From Nitrososphaeria archaeon (GTDB taxonomy: Archaea; Thermoproteota; Nitrososphaeria; JACIWG01), in the NCBI GenBank assembly GCA_963752255.1, contig CAVVXT010000012.1:192001-256000 (forward strand): a stretch of 64,000 nt of DNA, in the 5' to 3' direction. A model generated the notes under the pieces. The model did no database searches. It was not told where the DNA came from and worked only from the letters and a program-made list of their open reading frames with translations. How positions within the stretch are numbered: the first letter of the stretch is position 1; each line of letters starts with the position of its first letter. This document shows positions 9,677 through 19,123 of this stretch, in pieces. Made by a program: the position numbers and the translations under genes.

Positions 9677-9979
9677 GTGACTATGGCAGAGAGTGATACG
9701 GCCAAACCCTGCACGTCAAGATGTGAATTCTTCCGATGCGGCCGAAAAATGTTGGTTTTTCGTGAAGGTAGACCATGGTGTAGCTTTGTAAACGAGCCTT
9801 GCACGCCTGAGATGTGTGCTTACGTTACCTGTCTAAGAGCGAAGCTTATCACAGGAAATAGATGCGGACTTACTCTAAGGAGAATTACCGTTGAAAAAAT
9901 GACTCCAAACGACTTTAAACCCAACGTCAAGCTGAAGAACAAGGACCTCCAGAAATTTGGCAGCGAAGACGTAGTATAG
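9677..9979 (+). CDS. Small Cys-rich hypothetical protein (8 Cys)
   Basis: C...C...RC, WC..V...C....C.Y..C....C pattern; TATA-like CTTTTAA upstream. Confidence 0.7.
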   Translation: MTMAESDTAKPCTSRCEFFRCGRKMLVFREGRPWCSFVNEPCTPEMCAYVTCLRAKLITGNRCGLTLRRITVEKMTPNDFKPNVKLKNKDLQKFGSEDVV

Positions 9980-10076
9980 TTCTGATATGACACAGTTTTC
10001 TAGTTTAGATTAGCTTGATGATTCTATTTTCATCGTCTTAATATGAAGTAAGGAAATCTATAAGTGAAAACCATAA

Positions 10077-11020
10077 TTACTGATTTATAATATCGATGGA
10101 ACCATAGACCTCCTTGAAGAGAAGTAATATCGCTTGAGGTGGAAAAACGCCATATTCTGTAACGATTAAGTCGATATATTCCGGAGGAGTGATGTCGAAG
10201 GCCGGATTAGCTATCTTAACACATTCGTTCATTGCATACCAATCCTTGGTGACAACCTCTTCATGTGGCCGTTCTTCTATCGGTATAAGTTCACCGAAAA
10301 AAGTTCTGGGACTTATCTTATAACTTTCAGCTGCCACAATAAATCTGCTCCTAGACTCTTTTGCGGCAAGAGCCAACATAGAAGTTCCTATCTTGTTTAC
10401 GATAGCTCCGTTCACCGATATGGCATCAGCGCCAACGACAACTACGTTAACCCTATTCATATAGAATCTTGCAGCAGAGTCGATGATCAGCGTCACATCA
10501 ATACCCTCTTTAGCAAGTTCCTAGAAGTAAGCAACCCCTGCATTTTTGGTCTTGTTTCAGTGCAGAAAACCTTAATATTTTTCTTTTGCTTGAATGCCGC
10601 TAATATGATGGCGATTGCGGATTCACTGTTGCAGTGTGTTAGAACTATATCGCCATCCTGGATACGGTTTGATCCTATTTGACCAATTCTTTCTATAGCT
10701 GACTCGCTTCTCGTTATAAACTTTTCACAGTATTTCTTTAACGAGTCCTTTAAAACAGTAACATCAACTGTGCACTGGCATTCTTTGTCAAGATTTGTTA
10801 AAACATAATTTACGGCGTTTGGCAGAGATACAGCTGTAGGTCTTGCATTTTTAAGGAATTCCCCTGCTTCTTTCACCTTATTGACGAATTCTGTCCTAGA
10901 TTTAACGTCCAAAGCTGTACCGAAATCCTCGAGAGCCTTAACGGATGCTCTAGCTATGCGGCCAGCCCCCCTAATACGCATTTTCTTAATATCCTCAAAT
11001 GTGCTTTCTATAGTTTGCAA
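10077..11020 (-). CDS. Ribose-1,5-bisphosphate isomerase (eIF2B-like family); one base missing at about 10520 (probable sequencing indel)
   Basis: IRGAG.IA, RPTAVSL.NA, LTHCNS, ETRP..QG, VGADAI..NG..NKIGT, NPAFDITP. The two ORFs fuse as ...LTSRELAKEGIDVTLIID. Confidence 0.88.
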
Positions 11021-11063
11021 ATTGACAGATAATAAAACGAGGTTAGTAAAAAGTATTTTGAAT

Positions 11064-11099
11064 AAAAAAATATGAACCTGAAGGATTTCTCCTCAGGTT
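11064..11099 (-). terminator. Hairpin plus U-tract 3' of the TRAM gene
   Basis: AACCTGAAGGA-TTTC-TCCTCAGGTT inverted repeat followed on the minus strand by TTTTTTT. Confidence 0.5.
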
Positions 11100-11119
11100 T
11101 CTTTCTAAAAAATTTTCTT

Positions 11120-11398
11120 TTATTGTACTACTTCGCCCAATGCGTGACTAGGAAGTACCTGTGTTATCTTCGCTTTCACAGTATCGCCCTTGTTCGTATG
11201 GGGCACAAAGATGACGTATCCTTGAAGTCTTGCTAAACCGTCTCCCCTTCTACTGATTTCGCTGATCGTTATATCAACTACGTCTCCGACTTTCACTGGT
11301 TTTTCTTTGAAGTAAGATGAAGGAAACTTTCCAGGCCGTCTCTCACGCATTTCTGAGCCTTCTTCCTCTGCCAAGTTATTTCTTTGCCTCGTCCCCAC
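11120..11398 (-). CDS. Single TRAM-domain RNA-binding (cold-shock-type) protein
   Basis: PVKVGDVVDITI....RGDGLARLQGYVIFVP.T..GD.V. Confidence 0.9.
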   Translation of the reverse strand: MGTRQRNNLAEEEGSEMRERRPGKFPSSYFKEKPVKVGDVVDITISEISRRGDGLARLQGYVIFVPHTNKGDTVKAKITQVLPSHALGEVVQ

Positions 11399-11498
11399 AT
11401 GTTTACGTTAACTATTTAAATGTTAGCAGCTTTTTGAAATTATTACTTTGATGGTTTAGTAACAGTGTTTTAAAAGGACCAATGTGTAGTCTGCAACG

Positions 11499-12281
11499 AT
11501 GTCGGACAACATCATCAAAGAAGGGGACAACATACTTTTGTATACATCAAAGGGAAAGACTTGGTTGGTTAAAGCAGAAATTGGCTCAAAAGTGCACACC
11601 CACCTCGGTATTATAGAACTATCAAAGGTGGTAGGAAGGGAGTTTGGGGAAGTTTTTGAGACAACCTTAGGCGCAAAGGTCGTAGTACTCAAACCCTACC
11701 TCGTAGACTATCTCATGAAAAGTGCAAGGAATACACAGATAGTCTATCCTAAGGATATTGGTTTCATAATAATGGAGACAGGTCTCTGTCCTGGTTCAAT
11801 TGTTATAGAAGCTGGAACCGGAAGCGGAGTACTTACAACAGCATTTGCAAGCCATATAAAACCTGACGGCCACATATACACTTATGAGATTAGGCCTGAA
11901 TTTATTGAGATAGCGGAAAAGAATCTGATTAAAGCAGGTGTCAGAGATTATGTGACCATAAAGAACAAAGATGCCTCACTCGCATTTGATGAAAAAAATG
12001 TCGATATAGCAGTAATAGACGTCGGAGACCCCTGGAAACTCGCTAAGCCTGCACACGATTCCCTAAAAGGCGGAGGAGCAATAGCGGCTATTTTACCCAC
12101 TATGAACCAGGCAGAAAAACTTGCGTCGGAGCTTCATAGTTTAGAATTTATAAATGTCCATACCGTTGAATTGTTGCTTAGAAACTTGGAGGCCAGAGAG
12201 GGAATGACAAGGCCTTCTACAAGAATGATAGCCCATACAGCGTATCTGATGTTCGCGCGAAAAGCGATATTCAGCAGGTGA
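11499..12281 (+). CDS. trmI: tRNA (adenine-57/58-N1)-methyltransferase
   Basis: RNTQIVYPKD, EAGTGSG, YEIR, D...PW, RP..RMIAHTAYL. Confidence 0.93.
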   Translation: MSDNIIKEGDNILLYTSKGKTWLVKAEIGSKVHTHLGIIELSKVVGREFGEVFETTLGAKVVVLKPYLVDYLMKSARNTQIVYPKDIGFIIMETGLCPGSIVIEAGTGSGVLTTAFASHIKPDGHIYTYEIRPEFIEIAEKNLIKAGVRDYVTIKNKDASLAFDEKNVDIAVIDVGDPWKLAKPAHDSLKGGGAIAAILPTMNQAEKLASELHSLEFINVHTVELLLRNLEAREGMTRPSTRMIAHTAYLMFARKAIFSR

Positions 12282-12453
12282 TTCTTCCCAAATTCTTTTA
12301 CTCAGCTTTTCTTTTTTCTGGATTTAACTTTTCCTATGTCTCAATAATGTATTTAAAACTATGTTATCTGTGTCTACCCTACGCTCAATTTCATTAGGTA
12401 AAAAGGATGGATTTCAAACTGAGTGTGGATAAATAAAGGTTAAAACATCCATT

Positions 12454-13122
12454 ATGCGAATGTTTGATGAGGGAAAAATGTCCAAGGAACGGTTGCAAAA
12501 CTTGTACATAATACTGTACGCAGTACCTTTCATCGCTGGAATCGTCGGGTGGATCTACTACTACCTTACTCTGGATGCAGCTGATAAAAACCTATACAAT
12601 GTTTTTTTAATGGTCTCTAAAGATCCAACCTTTTTCCTGACAGGATTATTTGGAATAGTGTTTGCTACACTCGTGGATGCCAAATCATCGGGTGAAAGAA
12701 TTGAAAATATTATTGAAAAAATTGAAAAGATTGCGTTGGCTCTGATAATAATCGAGATGCTCGAAGCCGTATTTGTTGCCAACTTCGACCTTTCAAGATT
12801 TTTTCTGCTAATTATCGGCGGAAAATATGCCATAATATTGCCCTTAATGCTGATTACCTATTCTTACCTGATCCCCTTGGGAAATATGCGCCTATCTCTA
12901 CCTAGTATTACATCAGCTATGATGATTTTGGCAATAATTCTTATGATTTCGGCTCCGGCATACGATTTTTATGCATACGTTACTAAAGGAGTTGTTAACA
13001 GATATGACGAATTTGTTGTAATCTTTTTCATCGGATTGATACTTCTCATTGTTTCTAACTCTTCTTTAAAAGGTAAGCTGAGTCAAAGTAAAGAGAGAGT
13101 CAGAGTAAAGAAAAAACCTTAA
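12454..13122 (+). CDS. Hypothetical integral membrane protein (about 6 TM)
   Basis: Multiple hydrophobic segments and a basic C-terminal tail. Confidence 0.75.
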   Translation: MRMFDEGKMSKERLQNLYIILYAVPFIAGIVGWIYYYLTLDAADKNLYNVFLMVSKDPTFFLTGLFGIVFATLVDAKSSGERIENIIEKIEKIALALIIIEMLEAVFVANFDLSRFFLLIIGGKYAIILPLMLITYSYLIPLGNMRLSLPSITSAMMILAIILMISAPAYDFYAYVTKGVVNRYDEFVVIFFIGLILLIVSNSSLKGKLSQSKERVRVKKKP

Positions 13123-13500
13123 CATCGGCATATTTGTTGATATTTCGAACTTGATTTTTATTCTAACACCGTTTTTAACAGAAGCTAACGATAAGTGGAA
13201 TTGCACGGGACTCAGGTTTTTCTGAACGTTTCCTAAAAAAGTTGCAGCTAGAGTCTAAATCTTCTGTTAAAAATAAGACATATCAGGTAGCACCCTTCAT
13301 GTTACCAGAAAAAGATTTAATTGCAGACAAATGTGTTTGTCCTTCAGGACAAATAGCTGCTAAGTATATGACAAAGAAGATAGAGGGAAATTTTCAAACA
13401 TATTAAATTCTTTTCTTTAGGATGAAGGAAGTGTTAGTCAGATAAACATGGAAGATCATTTTACAAATTACGATGAATTAATTAAAGTGAGGAGTAGATA

Positions 13501-13722
13501 ATGACAAAAGAGGACTACACTTACATAATAGTAACAAAGCAACTTCATAGCATATTAAAGTAGATGGCAAAAACAAATAATGCCAGCATCTCTAGGTTAA
13601 TAGAGCAATTTGTGCGTATTAATACAAGTATTAATATCGTTAATAGTACACTAGTCAATATTCCAAATAGCAATATATCTCAAAGTGGCAAAGCAGGCCC
13701 GGTGGGGTTAGCACATTATTAG
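13501..13722 (+). pseudogene. Ribbon-helix-helix (CopG-like) gene with in-frame TAG at 13561
   Basis: MTKEDYTYIIVTKQLHSILK*MAKTNNASISRLIEQF matches the RHH beta-alpha-alpha pattern; GAGGAG RBS-like sequence upstream. Confidence 0.55.
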
Positions 13723-13806
13723 GTGCAGATACCAAATAAGGATATTGAGATTTTATGTAAACTTTTATTAAGTGTCAAATTTAAGAAAAATTAAGCCAAT
13801 AACGGC

Positions 13807-13968
13807 ATGCTTGTATTCAGCAGCATCCATTGTTGTGATTGCCTAAACATGATGAAGTTCCCTAGTGATTCAGTTTCACTCATTTACCTCGATCCCCCAT
13901 TTTTGACAAATAGAAATTATGCTGTGATCTTAAGTAATTACAACAAGGAGGACTACTTCAGCGGGTAG
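13807..13968 (+). pseudogene. N-terminal fragment of a beta-class N6-adenine/N4-cytosine DNA methyltransferase
   Basis: IHCCDCLNMMKFPSDSVSLIYLDPPFLTNRNY resembles I..GDCL..M..LP..SVDLIYLDPPF (motif IV); stops after 53 codons. Confidence 0.78.
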
Positions 13969-14024
13969 TTTTGTGACCCATCTCAGAAAGACTTAACTAT
14001 TGCGCTACGACCTCATTTCCGAAG

Positions 14025-14186
14025 ATGCCCCATTACACGCTAGAAGAAGAGAAACTGAAGAAGCTATACGACCAAGCGCGCGCACAAGGAAATAAGAAGA
14101 AGAAAAAGGAATACAAGGAGAAGATAGCCGAACTGAACCGACTCCGCAAGTCCGAGAAGCAAGAAAGCAGTAAGTCGAAAAGCTAG
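14025..14186 (+). CDS. 53-aa highly basic, helical hypothetical protein (below the ORF-track cutoff)
   Basis: ATG...TAG ORF MPHYTLEEEKLKKLYDQARAQGNKKKKKEYKEKIAELNRLRKSEKQESSKSKS with purine-rich coding-like composition. Confidence 0.5.
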   Translation: MPHYTLEEEKLKKLYDQARAQGNKKKKKEYKEKIAELNRLRKSEKQESSKSKS

Positions 14187-15003
14187 GGTTTCCTATACTA
14201 TGCAGTCCGATTCAATCCGAAGTTAAATAGTTTAATATTTTCAAAATTCATATACGTCTTACTATTTACAATCACAATCACATTATATAGAAAATCAATC
14301 AAATAGCTTCATATAATTTTTGTAAGCATATCCTAAAATTCTTTATTTGAATTGGGTAATAGTATAACTATAACATTACAAATAATGCTATGTGTTTATT
14401 TTATTACGATAATCTACGATTAAGAAACTAAATTGTTCTTAGTTAACTCTGTATTCTCATGTTCTATAACGTCAGTCGCTATCTTATCCTTTGTTTCTGT
14501 CTTCTCACGGTCTATGATGTCGGTTGTAGTGGAAGGCACTTTGTATGTTTTCGAGGTCAAGTCGTCTCTGCACTCCTTCAGAGTTCGAGCTAAATGGTGT
14601 CTTCATATTCAAACCGGCTCTTGCCCGATTTAAATGATGTCCCATAATTACATAATAAAAAAAAATCCATATTATTTTTAAAAATGATGAATTCGTTTTA
14701 AATTCGAAATTTGTATTTGCCTTTTCTCAAGAATATGATAACTTCACGTACACTCTTGGAGAGACCTTTTCAAGTTACATTTATATCATTTTTACTAACA
14801 CTTTATTTCTATAGATGGCAACTATTGCAGATAATGATGTTAACTAAGGGATAATGGTAGGACATAGGTTATCATTCTAAAATAATGTATGATAATGATA
14901 AGATATGCTGCGCGATATTCTTAAGCCGATTAGTCGCTAAAAATCCCCAGAACATAACCCAGCATTTTCTAGAGAATTTAATCCACTATTCTACATCATT
15001 ATA

Positions 15004-15529
15004 TTACACACTATTAATGAAATCTGGAGGTACAAATTTCAATTCATCTTTATGTTCTGCGATGTATTTTTCGAATACTGTGAACATAGAGCGAAAAACC
15101 TTATTTTCACCTTCCGTAAAATCAAACATCCCAGTCACCTCCTTAAACAACTTTAACGAATTCAACAGATAGTAGAGCTTCTCGTAATCTCCATCCATCA
15201 GCAGCTTGTATATTATAGAAAGATCGATGGACTTTTGCTTGACATGCACGGTATCTAAAATAAGCTGAAGTGCAGCAACATTTCCTTGGGGACCCTCTTG
15301 TGATACAGGGACTGGCCCCTCTTCCCCTTGTAGAAACCATCTTTTGGGCAATAGGAATAGGTTTACCATTCCCAGCGTACGCGTTGAACTTGGCGAAATA
15401 GTATCCGACCGAGCTCTCCGGTATCCCAGTTATCAGCGCAGTTTCCTTAACGGTGTTCCCCAGCCTCCAATAACTGTAAAGCCGCTCGTTCCTTTCCAGG
15501 TTCACCTTAAACTTTGAACTTCTAATCAT
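15004..15529 (-). pseudogene. HTH-containing protein split by a frameshift near the GGGG runs at about 15315-15330
   Basis: N-terminal part G.TVKETALITGIPESSVGYYF is HTH-like; the overlapping frame continues EEGPVPVSQEGPQGNVAALQL... Confidence 0.5.
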
Positions 15530-15760
15530 TTTTAATCAATATATCTTATCGGATTACCATAAGATTAAAGTTTCCAAAAATGGTCTATTAAAATTGGACG
15601 ATGCCCCAGCACAATATTTTAGATCATAAAGCCTACTAAACAAAACTGGAAGCTTATGTAGCCCTTGAAAGCAAGAGCATAAACTGTGCACATAATTGAC
15701 ATTTATCTAAATAAATCTCTGGGAGGAAAGGACGTTCAAAGTTATAGGGAAATCTGCATA

Positions 15761-15827
15761 TAGAATCCATAGAGATATCTATATAGATTCCATGTGTAGA
15801 TATCCATAAATAGGTGCAGATATCTAT
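15761..15827. repeat. Five degenerate AGATATCYAT-like repeats upstream of the RHH-like gene
   Basis: TAGAATCCAT, GAGATATCTAT, TAGATTCCAT, TAGATATCCAT, CAGATATCTAT. Confidence 0.55.
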
Positions 15828-15837
15828 GGTCAATTGC

Positions 15838-16110
15838 ATGTCTACGATAAAAAGAGGAAAGAAGGGTAAAGCAGCGCATTATCTCCCATCCTACTACCGA
15901 TACAATGATAGGAAACCTGGCATTTTTATCCGGCTTACAAAGGAGAAAAAGGAAGCATTAGACAAGTACAAGGGAACGATGAGCTATGGAGATGCGATTG
16001 GAACTCTGCTGGATAGTAAATTAAATAATGATGGGGAGAAATATAAAAAGCTCAAGACAGTACCCATTAGGAAAAATAGGCTGGACGAGCTGTTCCCAAA
16101 GAAGCTTTAA
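15838..16110 (+). CDS. Small basic RHH-like DNA-binding protein
   Basis: PGIFIRLTKEKKEALDKYKGTMSYGDAIGTLL fits an RHH; ATG at 15838. Confidence 0.55.
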   Translation: MSTIKRGKKGKAAHYLPSYYRYNDRKPGIFIRLTKEKKEALDKYKGTMSYGDAIGTLLDSKLNNDGEKYKKLKTVPIRKNRLDELFPKKL

Positions 16111-16265
16111 GTGATAATAAAGGCAGATAATAACTGAAGTAATATAGAACCATGTTCATACTGTTCTGGCGCCAGTCATACAATTGTCGTTCTATGCAGA
16201 AACTTAAGTAGTATACGGAATTATTATAACTTAGCTTTTTGAAAAATAAGATCAAATATATATTA

Positions 16266-18209
16266 CTATTCTATCAGCAATTTAATAGGATTAAATCTGA
16301 TGCCTCCGCCTTTAAAGAACTTGGTGGAAAATTCGTAGAAGATTAACCTTATTGACTGTATTCCGGCAGCAAATCCCTCGATAATTACGACCATAATGTT
16401 AACTATTATAAGACTTGGAATTATGCCGAGGGATGCGCCTAAAGTAACAGCAAAACCAGCGAGTACACCGTGGGCGATTGCGAAGGCGGCAAGTCGGATA
16501 TATGACATGGAGTTTGTTATAAAAGAAAGGAAGGTTTCGGTAAATTCACCGAATCCATCCATTAGTCTATCGCCAACCTTCAAGTCCTGTTTGCCCAGTC
16601 CCTTTAATATAGGTGCTAAAAACACTAACACTAACATTGCGACTGCTCCGAAGGTCAAAGGCTCATTTTCGGGTGATAGAAAAGCGCCAAACTGGATGCC
16701 ACCCAAGATCAGCCTATAGGCTAGAATCACTCCGATTATATAATAGATTAGACCGATCAACCCTTTTCCACTGAAAATCGCCTCTCTGATTTCGCCTTCT
16801 GTGACGTTTTTGACAACGTTTAGAGTCAACGCAAATCCGAGCTGAAGTACTCCAAATAAAAGTGACACACCAACAATAGTGTAAAATGAATCCGTAGGCC
16901 TCAATAGTAAGGGCTTGAATTCAAACAGGAAAAATGAGCCATAGAATACTCCAAATATCATAGCTGAAAGCCCTCCTGTCATCATTATAATTCCAAGACG
17001 ATTTATTGTGCGCTTTGACAGCCCGATGAAAGATTTTCTCATCCTGTAAAAAAGAAAGCCCCAGACGAGTATTATCAGCCCATCACCGACGTCTCCAAAC
17101 ATCCATCCATACATGACCGGAAAGAAAACTGCAAATAGCAGCGTTGGATCAATATCTCTATAATCAGGTACCCCTCTCGCGGTTGTGAGCAATTCGAAAT
17201 TCTTCAGTAGACCTCTGTTCGATAATTCAACCGGCACTTCTTCGTCTCCCCTCGGATCCTCTAGAGTAAGATAAAGGACTCCATTAGTCAACTTTGAGAC
17301 ACTTGTTTCCAAATCCTTTGTCGAACGCTCAGGAATCCATCCTTGAACTATGCAGAAGTTTTTAGTTCTAAGCAGCGATGACCTTGCTTCTTTCAAAAAG
17401 CTTACGTATACTCTCTTCGCATCTAGTTCACTAAATATTTCTCTAAGCTCATTTTCTACCGAATAGACTTCCTTGAACTTGTCATCTATTATTCCTCTTA
17501 CCTTGTTCAGTGCGGTATTAGGGTCTGAAGGCAGATCTGATGGAAACTTGAATTCATTGAAATTGAGGAGGCTTAGTGCTTTTTCAACGTTTTGCTCGTA
17601 TTCGGTAAGCGCGGCAACAAATAAAATCGATTCTCTAGGCCCCACTCCTTTTGTTTCATAAATTACTCTAAAGTCTCTTAGAAATTCCTCGAGCTTAGGA
17701 ATAAATACGTTGTTTATTATACCGACCTTAACAAAAATGAACCTGTGATCGCCTACACTTCCAACATCGATGCCGCTGTCTTTCAGCAGCGTCAAATGAT
17801 CCCCCATCGTACTAAATTCTTCAATGTCCTTTATCAAGAGGTCAATTTGGTGTGCTAGCTGATCAATTTTTTTCTCATAAACAGCTATGTATCTTCTGAT
17901 ATCTTCGTCACTCAATTTAGCTGATTTCGTTGATAGGTTTGTGGGGGAGACCGATTCACTCGCGTGTTTTATGGATGATGGTGAAAACTTTTCCTCCAAC
18001 GCCTGTAAAGAGTCCAAAAGCACCCTTGACCTTTCACACATTCTAATGAAACCGTCATAAAGTTCAAGATTTTCCGGCTCCTCACCTATGGAGGCACGCT
18101 CGCTGATCAGCTGGACTGCTCCTAGCCTGCCTATCTCTTCCAAAGTTCTGACTTCATGACTCCGTTGTACAGCGAGGTAGAATTTCTTCATTTTAACAGG
18201 CTTAAGCAC
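16266..18209 (-). CDS. atpI: A/V-type ATP synthase subunit I (a)
   Basis: QGWIP, P.Y..IDPT, G.MFGD.G.G, SYIRL.A..IAH (essential Arg), IQS.RL.FYEF..KFF.GGG. Confidence 0.93.
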   Translation of the reverse strand: MLKPVKMKKFYLAVQRSHEVRTLEEIGRLGAVQLISERASIGEEPENLELYDGFIRMCERSRVLLDSLQALEEKFSPSSIKHASESVSPTNLSTKSAKLSDEDIRRYIAVYEKKIDQLAHQIDLLIKDIEEFSTMGDHLTLLKDSGIDVGSVGDHRFIFVKVGIINNVFIPKLEEFLRDFRVIYETKGVGPRESILFVAALTEYEQNVEKALSLLNFNEFKFPSDLPSDPNTALNKVRGIIDDKFKEVYSVENELREIFSELDAKRVYVSFLKEARSSLLRTKNFCIVQGWIPERSTKDLETSVSKLTNGVLYLTLEDPRGDEEVPVELSNRGLLKNFELLTTARGVPDYRDIDPTLLFAVFFPVMYGWMFGDVGDGLIILVWGFLFYRMRKSFIGLSKRTINRLGIIMMTGGLSAMIFGVFYGSFFLFEFKPLLLRPTDSFYTIVGVSLLFGVLQLGFALTLNVVKNVTEGEIREAIFSGKGLIGLIYYIIGVILAYRLILGGIQFGAFLSPENEPLTFGAVAMLVLVFLAPILKGLGKQDLKVGDRLMDGFGEFTETFLSFITNSMSYIRLAAFAIAHGVLAGFAVTLGASLGIIPSLIIVNIMVVIIEGFAAGIQSIRLIFYEFSTKFFKGGGIRFNPIKLLIE

Positions 18210-18467
18210 TTACAGATCTCCTTCCATGAAGAAGATTCAAATCGATATTTAAATCTAATCGGACCTAATTTATGTTTGTAATGGAAAAGGAGTGAATAGA
18301 TAGTCCAAGAAAAGTGTGTACTCTAATACTCTTTACATTCAAAAAGAATCTGTAACCTAAAAGGTATTGAATGAACCTTTAATTTCTGTTTTTCTCATTC
18401 CAGAGAGCTATAAAAAGGCTAGGAGAACGTTTATTAATTGTAGCACTTAGCATGTATTGATTGGGTC

Positions 18468-18794
18468 ATGAGTGTAACAGCTGTAGGTGATAGCTACTTC
18501 ATTACAGCTTTAAGACTGGCTGGTGTTGATGGAAGAAATGCTCATGACGTCCGTGAAGCTGAACAGGTAATTGATCAGCTTATCAAGGAAGGTAGGTGTA
18601 AAGTTCTGTTGATACCTGAGGATTTAGCATTAAAGCTCAAAAAAAAGCGAAAGGAGCTCTCTAATAATAAACAGATCTACCCGGTTTTTGCCATAATCCC
18701 TGGTCTAAATGGTCCGGTTGGCGAACGTGTTAAGGAGATTCACCAATTCATAAGCCAAGCAGTCGGTGTAAAGCTCAAACTATCTGAAGAATAG
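18468..18794 (+). CDS. atpF: A/V-type ATP synthase subunit F
   Basis: AVGD..F....RLAGV, P....IP, ..AVGV. Confidence 0.88.
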   Translation: MSVTAVGDSYFITALRLAGVDGRNAHDVREAEQVIDQLIKEGRCKVLLIPEDLALKLKKKRKELSNNKQIYPVFAIIPGLNGPVGERVKEIHQFISQAVGVKLKLSEE

Positions 18795-18811
18795 AATGAG
18801 GCGCCAAAGAT

Positions 18812-19123
18812 ATGCCGATCATAAAAGATTTGGTAGATGAAGAAAAAAAGACGGAGGAGATTATAAAGGAAGCTGAAGACAGAGCCAAGGAAGTAGTAAA
18901 CACTGCAAAGAAAAAGGCCGATGAGCTCATTAGGGACGCTGAAAACGAAGTAAACGTCGTCAAAGATCTGACAGATCGTAGGGAATCAGAAATAGCTATT
19001 AAAAAAGAGACTGTAGTTAAAGGGTACAGCGAAAAATTAGAAGAGATCGAGACGGCGTGTAAAAGAAATTTTGGCGAAGCTGTAGATTTTATTCTAAACT
19101 ATATTCTAGGTGAGATTGCATGA
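18812..19123 (+). CDS. atpH: A/V-type ATP synthase peripheral stalk subunit H (G)
   Basis: About 100-aa E/K-rich coiled coil between F and E. Confidence 0.75.
   Translation: MPIIKDLVDEEKKTEEIIKEAEDRAKEVVNTAKKKADELIRDAENEVNVVKDLTDRRESEIAIKKETVVKGYSEKLEEIETACKRNFGEAVDFILNYILGEIA

Larger units (their letters stand above)
13123..16265. mobile_element. Decayed AT-rich accessory island / relic of an integrated element
   Basis: Coding density collapses; contains a methyltransferase fragment, an RHH pseudogene, a split HTH gene and an RHH-like gene. Confidence 0.5.

Noticed and set aside
13561-13563. In-frame TAG as pyrrolysine or stop-codon reassignment
   Set aside because: TAG terminates many clear genes in this window (e.g. 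lig, atpB, proS) and the ORF lies in a decayed island; a nonsense mutation is simpler
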